From NCBI GenBank assembly GCA_002104905.1, contig MCFE01000075.1:1-64000 (forward strand): 64,000 nucleotides of DNA. Reading direction: 5' to 3'. Shown here one piece after another: positions 39,541 to 53,856 of the stretch. The notes under the pieces were generated by a model. The model made no database searches. It worked only from the letters and a program-made list of their open reading frames with translations, and had not been told where the DNA came from. A program made the position numbers and the translations under genes. Source of the stretch: Basidiobolus meristosporus CBS 931.73. Lineage: Eukaryota; Fungi; Basidiobolomycota. How positions within the stretch are numbered: the stretch's first letter is position 1; every line of letters begins with the position of its first letter.

Positions 39541-39961
39541 AGTTGTGACCAGTAGAATGGTTGGGAGAACGATGGGCTATCACCTATTTATGCTGAAATC
39601 AACCTTGGCGATTACCTGTCGGATATTCATCTGCCAATAGATCCGAGCGTATGTTTGGTGTAACAATGGGATCGAAAGAGATGCTGTTGTGAATGATACT
39701 AATGGTTTAAGCTTATTTATTGGTAATTATTATTAGTATCGGTGGAGTTACGTCACTTGGATTTGGAGGCGTCTCTAGAGTAATAATTAAGGGCGAGGCT
39801 GGAGGGAGGAGGTTCATACACGGTACATAGTATATATATATATATTATTCTAATCGGTCTAATGACTATCTATGCATGAGCTAGTTACGAAGACTTTTCA
39901 TTTCGTACAATGTAGTAGACCTGCCTCTACATCAAGGATGACCGTTCAGTTTTACGCAAGT

Positions 39962-40498
39962 TTAGAAATGGAGTTTCAACCGCATCAAGGTGGGTAATTC
40001 CCGGTGAAGTACAAACTGTTCTGCATACAGTAGCCACTGGGAAAAGGCTTCTTCCGGCATATGTAGGTCATATCTAATAGAATAAAGGAATTCTCCTTCC
40101 ATTTGGTTAAGTTCACTCACTGGAATGAAGGTTAGTTCGGACCAGGTTTGATTTGTGTATGTAGAATCTTCCAACATCTTATGGGAAATCATCAATGATA
40201 TTACAAACAGTCGACATTCAGAGCCCTCTTCCCCGCAAATCCCTGGGCGATATTTGGTTAATCGCTGGATGTATTTCAGTCCCAGGAAAATGACCGATGG
40301 GCTCACTTGACTGCGTGTGATCACCTCCTTGAAGAAATCTCGAAACATAGAGTTGGGTGGTTTACTGATTACTTTTGTCTTTCGATTCCACATTTGCTGT
40401 ATCATGTAGTCGACGAAATTGGCCAGTCGTGAGATATCATGTCCTGAAAATCGAGACAATAGTGGGTATTTCACTGATAACCAGGTATGTGGCGTCAT
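39962..40498 (-). CDS. PHO80/PCL-family cyclin, single exon
   Basis: Cyclin box SPSVIFLGLKYIQRL, RLFVISLMISHKMLEDSTYTNQTWS, ELNQMEGEFLYSIRYDL. Confidence 0.88.
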   Translation of the reverse strand: MTPHTWLSVKYPLLSRFSGHDISRLANFVDYMIQQMWNRKTKVISKPPNSMFRDFFKEVITRSQVSPSVIFLGLKYIQRLTKYRPGICGEEGSECRLFVISLMISHKMLEDSTYTNQTWSELTFIPVSELNQMEGEFLYSIRYDLHMPEEAFSQWLLYAEQFVLHRELPTLMRLKLHF

Positions 40499-40948
40499 TA
40501 TGGTTACGAATCAATGCCAATCGAGGGGTTATGTGAGAGAAGCTCCTTGTTAAGAGGAGAGGGAAGGATTGTCCTAGAACAGTCGACACAAAGAATACAC
40601 CTTGGAAGTCGCAGCCAGAGGGGCGTTGGGTGAATTATAAAGTGACCGATTGTCCCCGGTTAATGAATTCAGGAGATAACGTGGCATGTACATAATGGCT
40701 GTGTGTGCATCAAAGGCTGTCAAGTGAGCACAATCCAGAAATTGTCTGGGTCTTTTGTCCTATTGAGGTGGAAAAGTGGAGAATATGGATTTACTATTGT
40801 GTACACGAGTAACGCCCTTAGAGTGTTTGATAGCATAATATTATATAAGGCGTGGTTGGCACGTGAGGCTTATTTATCTGTAGATTGTAACCCTGGCCAG
40901 CGTAGATGTCTAAATGACAATAGATTGCAACAAATTATTTATTTATAA

Positions 40949-42256
40949 TTATATACGGACATACCAACCTCTCCAATCCATAAAGTAAGCAATAGGCACA
41001 TAGATCAAGCAAATCCAACTGAGAGACCAAACTAAGCTGGCAAGTTGTCCAGGTAGCCAAGAGGCCCAGATTAATTCATACATGTAGCTGAAGAGATTAG
41101 TTGTACCTGAGGAGGGGTTGATTTGTATGAAATACATGAACCCAGCAATGTTCTCCGAGAGGACGTATACTATAAGCGGATTCTTCCCAACAACCACAAA
41201 GGTATTGAAGAAGAAGCGTACGATCCGGTAGCGTGAGTGTAGGAGATCCTTTATATCAATGGCCCAGATAAATATCGACAATGCAGAGATTGATACTCCG
41301 CCTGCAAGAAGGACGAATGTCGGGGTCCATAATGCCTTACTTATGGGAATACCAGTTTGAATAAAGTACGAGAAGAGCATAAAGAAGATGGCAATGATTA
41401 GATATTCTGCTATCTTTTGATAGCAATACGAGACTTCCACTAGCTTTTGACGGCGCTTCAAAATATTTCTGCCAAATATGACACCCAACCAACATGAAAG
41501 ACACGCAGTAACGGTCGACAAGCTTCCTTCGGGGTCGAACCTTTTCTTCTGGTAGTTATGGTTTTGTCCCCACAGATTTGAGTCAAAGTATGATTGAGTT
41601 GAGCACTCTGCCGTCAATTGTCCGCGGCCACAGCCCTCCCATGGAACATCAACACCATAGGCCAGAGAGATCCACAGGATAAATGCACTCAGTGGGAATC
41701 CGATCAGTAGGTAATAGTAGGCTACGGTGCCTTTGGAATGCTTATGGCACACTATATATACCACTGCATTGACCAGGTAACAAACAGCCAAACGCTGCAA
41801 CACACCAACAGGTCTCCACCATTCGGAGAGTCCCTTCCACGCAAATGGAAAGGTGTTATTCCAAATGCCTAGCAAGTAGATAATGATGAATCTTTTAACG
41901 ACCTTGAACCACATAGCTTTCTTGGAGATCCTTCCCTCACTCGCATGGACCGCCAGGGGAATAGCTAGGCCCATGATGAACAGGAAGTTGGGAAAAATAG
42001 AGTCGGCGACGGAAAATCCGATCCAAGTGGGATGCTCCAATATGCTGAACGCGTCTGCTTGATAATTACACAGTATCATGAAAAGAATGGTAAGGCCTCG
42101 CAGCACATCTACCGAGACGAGGCGTTTAGAGCTTGGCTTGGGTTTAGGGCTTTCGTTGATGCTTAAGGAAACCTCATAAGTCCCCTCTCTCGCTGGTTCA
42201 TCTTTGTCCCCCACGGCTAGACTCTTAGGCGGAGGGTTTTCTTTTTCTTCACTCAT
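40949..42256 (-). CDS. HGSNAT: HGSNAT/NagX-like multi-TM glucosaminide N-acetyltransferase-family protein, single exon
   Basis: RLVSVDVLRGLTILFMILCN, HPTWIGFSVADSIFPNFLFIMG, GVLQRLAVCY, DPEGSLST, PISKALWTPTFVL, GKNPLIVY. ATG 42256 preferred. Confidence 0.88.
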   Translation of the reverse strand: MSEEKENPPPKSLAVGDKDEPAREGTYEVSLSINESPKPKPSSKRLVSVDVLRGLTILFMILCNYQADAFSILEHPTWIGFSVADSIFPNFLFIMGLAIPLAVHASEGRISKKAMWFKVVKRFIIIYLLGIWNNTFPFAWKGLSEWWRPVGVLQRLAVCYLVNAVVYIVCHKHSKGTVAYYYLLIGFPLSAFILWISLAYGVDVPWEGCGRGQLTAECSTQSYFDSNLWGQNHNYQKKRFDPEGSLSTVTACLSCWLGVIFGRNILKRRQKLVEVSYCYQKIAEYLIIAIFFMLFSYFIQTGIPISKALWTPTFVLLAGGVSISALSIFIWAIDIKDLLHSRYRIVRFFFNTFVVVGKNPLIVYVLSENIAGFMYFIQINPSSGTTNLFSYMYELIWASWLPGQLASLVWSLSWICLIYVPIAYFMDWRGWYVRI

Positions 42257-42824
42257 ACGCTCGATTGATGAAGGGAGCAGAGGCCAATTAGCCTGCAATG
42301 CGGAGGTGGGCAGTTTATATAGGGGAATGGCATTCCAATGGGAGCACAGCTGTTCAACGACGTATAAGGCCAATAAACTTTTCCTGAGACTATTCTGGTC
42401 GAAGTAATTAGTACATATAAAGTCTACAACTGGTAGTGCTTGTCGCCATTAGCCGTTTTTAGGTAATACAGAATGGTGAGCGTTCATGCATTATGATTTC
42501 CACTTCCCAGATACATGAAAGATCAGCAACTAGACACGAATTTAATATATTTGGCCATATTACTGAGCAGGAAAGCTAATGACTAAAAGCAGCAAGATTA
42601 AAGTATGGGTTCTCCGGGTAATGTCCCAAGTCATGTATCACCAGACGAAATCCTGCTTCACATCAACTACAAACGGTGGCATTCGGCTTACGTGTAAAGC
42701 AAAAAAACGTTTATTACAACATCTCCATTCAACAGTAGAGTGTGGAAAAGAAAAGTGACCTTGATAAGGTATAGAGATTAAACATAGAATGATAACTAAA
42801 AGGTATGTCAATTGACTTGTTCCT

Positions 42825-44108
<1,284 letters not shown>

Positions 44109-44422
44109 TTAATGTTGAAAATGTGAGGAAGATCGTGTGTGCGAGCGATTGTTTGCTGGCTATTGAACCTCAATACTCAGTCAGACGCTCGATTCTTCGT
44201 AGAGGGCAGAGAGCTTTAGCAGCTGTACTTTTTGTCTTCAATACCCCTATATGATGGAGATTACCAATCATCCTACAAATGCTGGACAAAAATCAATCAA
44301 TGAATTCTTAGCATTCGGATCAGCTGGATGATATGTGGTTACTACTTTCTGAACTAACTCGTCCATTTAATTCAAACCATTTTGATAAAGGCCTTGTTGA
44401 GCTAATATCAAGTTGATACACC

Positions 44423-46183
44423 ATGATTAGTGCTTTCTTCATTTACAACCAAAAGGGTGAAGTGCTGATTTCGCGACTTTACCGTCAAGACTTGAAGTGA
44501 GTTCAAGTGCTTTCTTTGTAGACTCAGTACTAACCCTGGCATTTAGGCGCTCTGTGGCCGATATTTTTCGTATACAGGTTATCTCGAACACAGATGTTCG
44601 TTCACCTATCATAACTCTTGGCTCTACTTCCTTTCTACATGTAAGACACGAGAATCTTTACCTGGTGGCAGTGACCAAATGGAACGCAAATGCTGCGCTC
44701 ATCTTTGAGGTGTGTTACCGAATGATCAACATTGGAAGAGCCTACTTTGGTAAATTTGACGAGGAATCAGTGAAGAACAATTTTGTTCTCATTTATGAAC
44801 TACTGGATGGTACGAAATACATCATCCCGGATAGTGCACGGAGATTTGACTAAGCTTTGTCTTCATTTCAACATACACTTCCAGAAATCCTTGACTTTGG
44901 CTATCCTCAAAACAGTGAGCCAGAAACTTTGAAGTTGTATATCACCACCGAGGGTGTAAAGAGTGAACGAGCTGCGGTACGTCTCTATATAGCAATCAAT
45001 CCTAGGAAGATACTAATTATTGCGGAGCAGAAGGTGGATTCCTCTCGAATCACTATTCAGGCAACCGGAGCTATATCCTGGCGCCGAGCAGATATCAAGT
45101 ACAGGAAAAACGAAGCATTTATAGATGTCATTGAGAGTGTCAACCTCTTGATGAGTAACAAGGGTAATACCGTGTATATCGAGATGTTGCGATAAGCATG
45201 CTTATATTGTCAACAGGTACCGTGTTGAGAGCTGATGTCGCCGGACAGATCGTCATGCGGGCGTATCTATCTGGAACCCCCGAATGCAAATTCGGACTGA
45301 ATGACAAAATCCTTTTAGACAAAGAATCCCACAGCAGAGGCGGCTCGTAAGGCTAACCCACCAGTGAACCGACTCTAGGAAATCCACTGAACCTCTTTGA
45401 TTTAGAACACCGCGCCGTGCGAATTCCGTTGCAATCGATGACTACCAGTTTCATCAATGCGTCAAATTGGGCAAGTTCAACAGCGATCGAAGCATCAGCT
45501 TTATCCCACCAGATGGTGAATTTGAGCTGATGAGGTCAATGAATGTGTGTCTAGCTTAGTGACCCATACAGAGACTGATGCAGCTTTTGTTTAGGTACCG
45601 CACCACCGAGAATGTCAACCTGCCTTTCAAGGTGCATCCGGTCGTCAACGAGATGGGGAAAACCAGGGTCGAGTACAAGATCCAAGTGAAGGCCAATTTC
45701 TCATCCAAGCTCTATGCCAACAATGTGGTTCTGAAGATCCCCACCCCATTGAACACGGCCGGAACCAACATCCGGGTGAGTGCCGGTAAGGCCAAATATG
45801 CACCTGCGGAGAACTGCATCATCTGGAAGTAAGGACCCTCCATCATTCTGGCTTACGCAGCCGAGGCAACTAACCTATGTTTCTGGGCAGAATCCAAAAA
45901 TTCCAAGGGCAAGCGGAATACAGCTTCAGCTGCGAAGTCACCCTAACTGCCATGACCATCGTGAAAGCTTGGTCCAGGCCACCCATCTCCATGGATTTCC
46001 AGGTTCTGATGTTCACTTCCTCGGGGTTGTTGGTCAGATTCTTGAAGGTGTTTGAAAAGAGCAACTATCAGTCAGTCAAGTGGGTGCGGTACATGACCAA
46101 GGCCGGGTCCTACCAAATCAGAGTAAGTCTATTGCGTCCTTATTTGCATCCCGCAGAGACTAATCTGGTGCCAACAGTTCTAG
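44423..46183 (+). CDS. APM4: AP-2 clathrin adaptor mu subunit, multi-exon
   Basis: [91 protein letters not shown]; terminal exon TTC TAG 46178-46183. Confidence 0.95.
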
Positions 46184-46935
46184 ATGCAAGGGGCTATAGA
46201 AGATTTCTATTTCATACTCCACTCCACTCCATTTCACTTCACTTCACTTCACTCCTTCCCGAATCAAGCTATCCTTTTATCAGCGACTTCTCCAACATCG
46301 ATTGATTTTGTTCAACTCTCATTCTGTGATGGATAAAAACCTCAGCATTGTTCTTATTTATGGCGAAATCAGATGTCGATATTTAAGGGGGTTGGTGGGT
46401 GGAATAAATTTGGAAGATGTACAAATGCGCTGGAAGACCAGTTTATAAAGGTTAAATCATATCCAACCTGCATAACAAGTTACTCAATCTATCCTGCGGC
46501 ATGTTGCTACCGCCCAATATATTGCCCAGAGATCTGGCTAGATGGGAGGGGTAGTCAGATACCCTGAACCAAGTTGATACATCATTTAAAATCTGCTTAT
46601 GTCATGAGAGAGACCGAGTCACATCAAGTCCTCAAAACTCAAAGGCCCATTTGGGAAGATATCGTTTGCTCCTTTTCATTTTCTTTCTCCAACCAAGCGA
46701 GAAAGTCTCTTATTTCTGACACTCAACGTCCTGTATATTGTTCCCTGGGACTGCAGTGTTGTACCTAGTTCTATTTTTTCTCCTTTGGCTTTGATCATCT
46801 GGATTCAACCTGATACTGATTCCAATTCATCAGCCAACTTGTGTTTTTTGTTGAAGAAAACCACCAATTGAGTTTTAAACCAACCCTATTTTCATGGAGA
46901 GCGCTTCGGCTCTTTAATCCTACCCTTTACTCTGC

Positions 46936-49900
46936 ATGGAATCCCATCCCTACAAACATCTTAATTCTTCCAATTCCGATTCAGAAAGCGACAACCACAG
47001 ACATACTCCGGACAGAACCTCAATTAAGTCTGATCCAGTGATTTCAAGAAAGAGAGGATTCTCCCATACATCAGCTACCAAACAAAAAGCCATTCAATCC
47101 AATTCTTCGAAAGACAAGAGCAAAGTCGATAATACAAGGTAATTTACCTGACGATTTTCCTCGATTTCTATCCTAGAATCCTACCCAATCCAGTTGGTCT
47201 CTGGTTTTTTCTCCAAGTTCTTGAAAAATAACCACCTATGAAATCTTTAGAAAGCAGCTTCAAGGGAAATCAAAACTCAACCTCCCTTCCCAAGAAACTG
47301 AAAGTCGTGCAGGAAAAACGTAGTTGTTCGTTGCTTACTGTTTGTCCTGGATCCGCTAGTTTAACCATTTCCCTTGACTTTCTGTAGAAGCCCTCGTCCA
47401 GAGAAAGCCAAGAAAGAGCCGAATTTTCAGAGTAGCAAAGAGGCCCCACTCAGTGACAAATCTAACATAGAGCCGCCCAACAAGAGAAAAAAGCCGTCTT
47501 CTTGTAGTTTTAGCGAAAGATATTCGGATATCAAAAAACCTCGCCAAAGTATGCAAAACCAAGAAAGGTAGACTAGCTCTTGATTCTGTGTTAGTATGTT
47601 CGGTTTTGTTAAGATTTCATGCTTCTACAGCGGGGGAAGCAAAGATCAACTGGATAGAGAATCCGACACCAGGTCCGGAAATGATGGATCAAAAATATCT
47701 AAAAGCTCCACTCATCGTGCCCCGGAAAATAACAATCAACGTTCAAGCTCACCTGCGATTGACTCGAGCGTTGTCGACAATCCCGAAGTAAGTATGTATG
47801 GCGAACTCTCTGACGGACTCGAGATTGAAGATAATTCTGCAAACGAGTATGAGGATTATCCCGAAGAAGGATTCGACCATTTCCATGAAGAAATGGAGTT
47901 TGAAGCGGACGACTATGACGATCTTAACGAGCATGATGATGACGATGAAGAAGAGGAAGAGGAGGATGACGATGATGACGAAGAAGATGACGATGACTAC
48001 GAAGACGAAGAGTTGGCGGGAGCCGGCGAGTTCGCAAGCACATTCAGTGGCCTAACTGGTCTTCGTGGTTTAGGCGGAATTATTAGCGGAGGTATATTAG
48101 CTTTTGCTCAGAATCGCCCAGCCAAAACTCGCTAATTGATTGTCGATGCATTTTTATAGTTTCTGCAAGACTGAAGTCAATTCTCGGCCATCTGAGATGC
48201 TACCAAGAGCCATCCATTCAACTCATTGCTTTGCAAGAGCTTGCTGAGATTCTATCGGTTGCCACAGAGGACACCTTGACCGGCTATTTCTCGTGCGACC
48301 CGTTCGTCAAAGAACTGGTGAACCTGATGAAAGGAAGCGAATTCAGTTTTGGCGAAGAAAGTCCCGAAATAATGCTTCTGGCTTGCCGTTGTTTATCCAA
48401 CTTGATGGAGGCCTTGCCAAGTGCTGTTGGCAGTGTTGTATACAACGGCGCTATACCTGTTCTTTGCTCCAAACTCATGGAGATCCAGTATATTGATCTG
48501 GCCGAGCAAGCGCTTAGCACATTAGAAAAAATCTCAGTTGAATATCCGACGTCCATTGTACGTGAGGGCGGATTGCTTGCTGTGCTTATGTATCTGGACT
48601 TTTTCTCCACCAATGTTCAACGTACAGCTGTCACGACTGCTGCAAACTGTTCTCGAAACGTTCCTAATGACTGCTTTGATATGATCAAAGAAGTAGTTCC
48701 TATTCTTGAGAGGCTACTTTCTTACTCTGATCAGAAAGTAATAGATCAGGCGTGTTTGGCTCTAGTTCGTCTTGTCGAAAGCTTTAAGTACAACACCGAA
48801 CACTTAGAGTCCATCGTCTCCAAGGATTTGGCGCAGAACATCCTCAACTTGCTATCCTCAACAACTACAAGTGTGGTCAGTCCACACCTGTACACTCAGC
48901 TTCTTACGTTATTACGTCATACCGCCAAGGGTTCGTCAAAGCTTGCATTTGAACTTCTGCACAACAATATAGTTGAGATTTTGTATCAAATCCTAACCGG
49001 AAGTGTATTGAGTAAGAGTGAGCCTAATCATCTCGGTGACGATTCCGCTGCTCTTACCAAACTTGTCAACCGCCCTGGTGATCAAGTCTGGGAAGCCCTT
49101 GGTGTAGCCATTGAATTATTGCCACCCTTGCCGAAGGATGGCGATGCTGCTCAAGAAAGCCAGACAAGCAGTAGCAGCACCAAGACCAACTCTGAATCTG
49201 AGGCGGACTCTCGTATGGAGCTCTTCAAGAAAAACCCAGCAGTCATGGCTAAGTTTGCCGAAGTCTTACTGCCCACTTTCATAGAGGTGTTCTCTTCTAC
49301 CGTGGTCACTCAGGTCCGTCTTCGTGTAGTGGCCGCCTTACTTAAGACCGTCTTCTATACCGATATTGAGGTCTTAACAAGAGTTTTGAAGGGAGTATCA
49401 TTTGCTGGATTCATTGCAGCTGTTCTCTCTCGCCAAGACCATCCAATGTTGGTTGTTGGAGCGATCCAGCTTGCTGAGCTTCTTATGGTTAAGTTGCCCG
49501 ATCTGTACCATTTGTTGTTTTATCGGGAGGGTGTCATGAATGAAATCATAAAACTTTCGGATAATGTGGTGACTTCAGAAACCCAAAACGAAGCCGAACA
49601 ACAACACGACTTGATTGAGGGATCAAAAGTAACTAAGGATCAAGTAGATACCAAATTGAATGAGTCTGCAGAGCATGATGGCGCAGAGTCCTCCAACCAA
49701 GTCGAAGTCGACCTCTCGATCGCAGATTCCTCGCGAACCCCCCGCACCCCAAGTAGAAGTTCTAGAGCTCAGAAAGACTCCGAAGTAACTCCTTCGGCAG
49801 GATTGAGATTAATTGAGAAATTTGCCATGAGCCTTGGCTCCAGTAATCTTGGTGCTTTGACAAGACTTGAGAACGGAGTCTATGACATTCGAAAGTGGAT

Positions 49901-52784
49901 TAGCCAGAAGTCAATGGAATTTAGAAAGAAGTACATTGATGTCGACCAGCAGCAATCGGATGGTTCAAGCACGATCCAATCAGCCCACAAAGTTATGCGA
50001 GATTTAGAGGAGTTGGCATCTAAATTGAAGGGAGATTCGAACGATCCTCTAGCTTTGGACACGCTGGTGAGCCTAACCGGATTTTTGAAGACACCTGAGG
50101 AGTCAGCCACCTCTTTCGAGTTTTTGCAAAGCGGGCTTATGGAGCATTTACTCGAGTATCTGACCAACCCTAACTACTCCCCCACCGATCTTTCAAAGCG
50201 GCAGTTGGCATTTCTTCATGTGTTTGTAGGGGGTCCTCATCCTTCATTCAACGAGGCGGAACAAGCCAAGATCATCAGCAGTGAGCCAAAGATTGCCGCT
50301 TTCCCCGTCCTGGTCAAGAAGTTGCAACAGTCACTCACTCAGCTAGAACCATTCGAGGTGGTCACCTCATATCAGAGTCCACTCGACGAAGTCAGAAATC
50401 CCACTTCTATGTTAGCCAAGCAGATCAAGTTGAAACTTATACCGGAAGATGGCCTAGAGGTCCCCAGTAGCTATTCCAATTTGGTGGTGTCAATTCATGC
50501 GATCGCCACGTTCAAAGCATTAGACGATTATCTCAAACCTAGAGTTGCGTTTGCTTCTTCGTCCTCTAGATTAGGCGATAGACTATCATCTTCTCGTCTA
50601 GCTAACGCCTTTGCTGCGTTTGCTGCGGCGGCAGGACTGGACGCAGATGATTCTAGAGAGAACGAACGCCTTGATACCTTAAACCAAGGAAAGCTAGACG
50701 ATAGCGAGGGGGAGGAAGAGGAAGAGGAAGATGATGAGCACACTGAGAATCTCAAAGGAGGTGAGGATGAAATGGAGCTCGGAGAAGAAAAAGATTCCTC
50801 CGATATGGAGGTAGATGAGGAATCCCATGAGTTAAAGGATGATCCAACCCCAACCAGTAAAGGCAAGACTACCGAGGGAGTGGCGGATGAGCACGAAGAG
50901 GGAGAACAGGCGTCTAAACAGGCCAAGCTATCTTACGCTTCGGCCGCTCAGAAGGCGACCGACTGGCACCTAGAATTCAGTATTGGAGACGTTGTGATTG
51001 ATACAGAGTGGACCATCTATAAAGCCATCCACCAACATCTCAATCAAACCACTCAAAAGAGTCGTAATATCTGGTCGACCATCTACCCGGTAAAATACAG
51101 GAAAGTCTCAGACTCCTCCAAGAAGATCACCCAACCCCAATCTTCCAAGTCCGAATACTCACCAGCCGAGAAGTCCGCTGGTGACAACAGCCTCAAAGAC
51201 TCGTACTGCCAAATTCTTCAGCTTTTGCGGGAGCTTCACTCGCTCAACACACGCTACTTGGAGTTGTATTCGCAAACAGATTTGTGCCTCGAGTCTCTAG
51301 CGGTGCTTTCACCTTCCAAGTTCATCAACGGGAAACTTACCGCCAAGATGAACCGGCAACTGGACGAGCCGATGGTTGTAGTTAGTTCATGCCTCCCTTC
51401 ATGGTGCGAGTATCTGGCGAATGAATATCCATTCTTGTTCCCCTTCGGAACTCGCTATTTATATCTTCAGTCCACTGCCTTTGGTTATTCAAGGTCCATC
51501 GCTCGCTACCAGAATCAGCAATCCCGCAGTGCCCAGCAAGACACCCGACGGGACGAATCGCAACCGTTACTCGGTCGTATTCAACGACAGAAGGTCCGGA
51601 TTTCCCGCTCGCGTATGCTCGAGTCAGCAGTCAAAGTTATGGATCTCTACGGCTCGCAGCAATCCATCCTTGAGGTGGAATATTTCGAGGAGGCCGGAAC
51701 TGGCCTTGGCCCTACCCTGGAATTTTATGCCACCGTTTCAAAGGAATTTTGCAAGAAATCGTTGAAGCTGTGGCGAGATGATGACGATTCAGATCCAAGC
51801 AGGAAGTACGTAACCTCCCAACTAGGCCTCTTCCCACGTCCCGTCAGTGAGTCTTACCTTGAGAGCGAAAATGGAATGAAGATCTTGAATCTATTCAAGG
51901 CGATGGGGAAATTCGTAGCCAAGGCCTTGATTGACTCCCGAATCATTGATTTGCCTTTCAACCCGATCTTCATCAAGACGCTTCTTAACCCCGCGGAAGA
52001 CATCAAAAATCTACGCAGCGTGATGCACATAGACAGCGTTCTTGGCAATTCATTGAAGATCATCAAGCACTTTGTCCGCGAGAAACAGCGGATTATGCGG
52101 AACTCTGCTCTCAATGAAGCAGAGCGCCAGGAAGCGCTGAACAGCTTACGCCACAACGGGGTCTCCCTGGACGATCTTTGCTTGGATTTCACCTTGCCCG
52201 GTTATCCCGAGATTGAATTTGTGGAAAACGGTGCAAATGTAGCGGTCACCATTGAGAATGTTGAAGAGTACTTGGATGGTGTATTGGAACACACCGTTGG
52301 CTCGGGTGTCACTACCAAGGTAGCGGCGTTCCGGGACGGATTCAATACGGTATTCCCTTTGAAGCACCTGAATGCCTTCAGTCCCGAGGAGCTTGTGATG
52401 CTGTTCGGTCAGGCTGAAGAAGATTGGTCAGCAGAGATGCTCTTGGATGCCATCAAGGCTGACCATGGATACACATTGGAGAGCCGTCCCATCCAATTCC
52501 TGATTGACATCATGTCGAGCTTCACATCTGAACAGCGCAGAGAATTCTTGCAGTTCGTCACCGGAAGTCCCAAATTGCCCATCGGTGGGTTCAAGAATCT
52601 TTTACCAGCCTTTACGGTGGTCTGCAAGCCCAACGAGTTGCCGCTCACCCCGGACGACTATCTACCTTCGGTCATGACATGCGTGAACTACCTGAAAATG
52701 CCGAATTACTCCACCGAGGAAATCATGAGAAAGAAATTGGAGAAAGCTATGAAAGAAGGCCAAGGCAGCTTCCATCTTTCCTAG
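46936..52784 (+). CDS. UFD4: UFD4/TRIP12-type ARM-repeat HECT E3 ubiquitin ligase (5' exons uncertain)
   Basis: ACRCLSNLMEALP, QYIDLAEQALSTLEKIS, RIQRQKVRISR, LEVEYFEEAGTGLGPTLEFY, FLQFVTGSPKLP, LPSVMTCVNYLK (catalytic Cys), GQGSFHLS*. Confidence 0.94.
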
Positions 52785-53221
52785 AATATCCCCTCTACAT
52801 ACATTCATCTCTACCTGGTTATAGTGTATCTTTTAATGTACATCCACATTCCACAGAATCACATCGTTGATCAATGTACCCTTTCTCCACGTTTGACGCC
52901 CCTGCCACTAGTTCGCTTATTCTTGTGCTTTTCTTTTCTTTAATATATACGAGTTCCCTCACCACCGCAGATCCTACATTTTCTTTGGTGCTATATCGGG
53001 GCCAAGTGATTGCTTACCCCGGGAATAAAATATTTCAAAGGGAAATCCCGGTATGGCTCCACGCTTGCTTGGTTTATTGAGAGTTACGGTTCTAAAGTCC
53101 TGGATAGATCTACTTTGGCTTTAACTTATATATACACCGGAGCCAGTGAATGGTGGTGGGTAATATGAGGAGGGGGGGGGATGGTGAGGTAACACGTGTA
53201 GAGTCAGACCGAGTGAAGGAT

Positions 53222-53856
53222 TTAGCGGTCAATCAGCATGTAATTGGGATATGCTTTCGCCAGGAAAAGATCGTCCGGCCCGTTCGATTTCAACATATCC
53301 CAGTAGAGGTACTCGTTACCTAGGATGCAACCCATGAGTTTCTGTGACGTCGCTCTTCTTCCTGCCATGACTTACCGAGTCCGTTCAACCTGGAAGCCTC
53401 CTCCACATCCTCCAGATGGAACACCCATTTGTGGCCGTTCGTATTCTGGCTATTACATCTACTGCAAGGGTTCACGATGAAATATCCTACGATGTTCCCG
53501 CTAACTTCGAGTGAGTTGTCATTCATGTTCAGATCCACTTCCTGGACACCTTACCAGCATGAACAGGCGGTATGCTGTAGCTCGCACGTACACGAGATCT
53601 TCAGCCGGTCTTGTTCGTCGAAGGCTGTTCTACAGTTGATTGGCTCCCAGTCAGTGGAATAAAGGTGTACACTGGGTCGAGCAACAAGCATCGCCTGGTC
53701 GCAGGAGAGAAGGGACTCGGTAAATCGACTGGAAATGCAAGTTCGAGATCGGTTTCTTACCTTCATGGCCCGGTCAGTGAGTAGGGTTTGACAATGTTTA
53801 CAGTTCAAGAAGAGCACCTTCTTGCCATTGCTAAAGGGATGTGGAGTCTTCACCAT
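53222..53856 (-). CDS. FAM72: FAM72-family zinc-binding protein, 4 exons, 152 aa
   Basis: Exons 53856-53761, 53694-53555, 53500-53376, 53319-53222 give LNCKHCQTLLTDRAMKAMLVA..LYSTD..CTCELQHTACSCCGNIVGYFIVNPCSRC..NGHKWVFH, matching the FAM72 Cys pattern. Confidence 0.88.

Noticed and set aside
36595-42256. Whole block as one bacterial operon transfer
   Set aside because: Cyclin and LITAF-like genes are eukaryote-type and intergenic gaps of 350-450 bp are not operon-like.
46220-46255. (TTCAC/CTCCA)n tract, and similar microsatellites at ~6409-6430 and ~54474-54505
   Set aside because: Ordinary UTR/intergenic simple repeats with no further structure.
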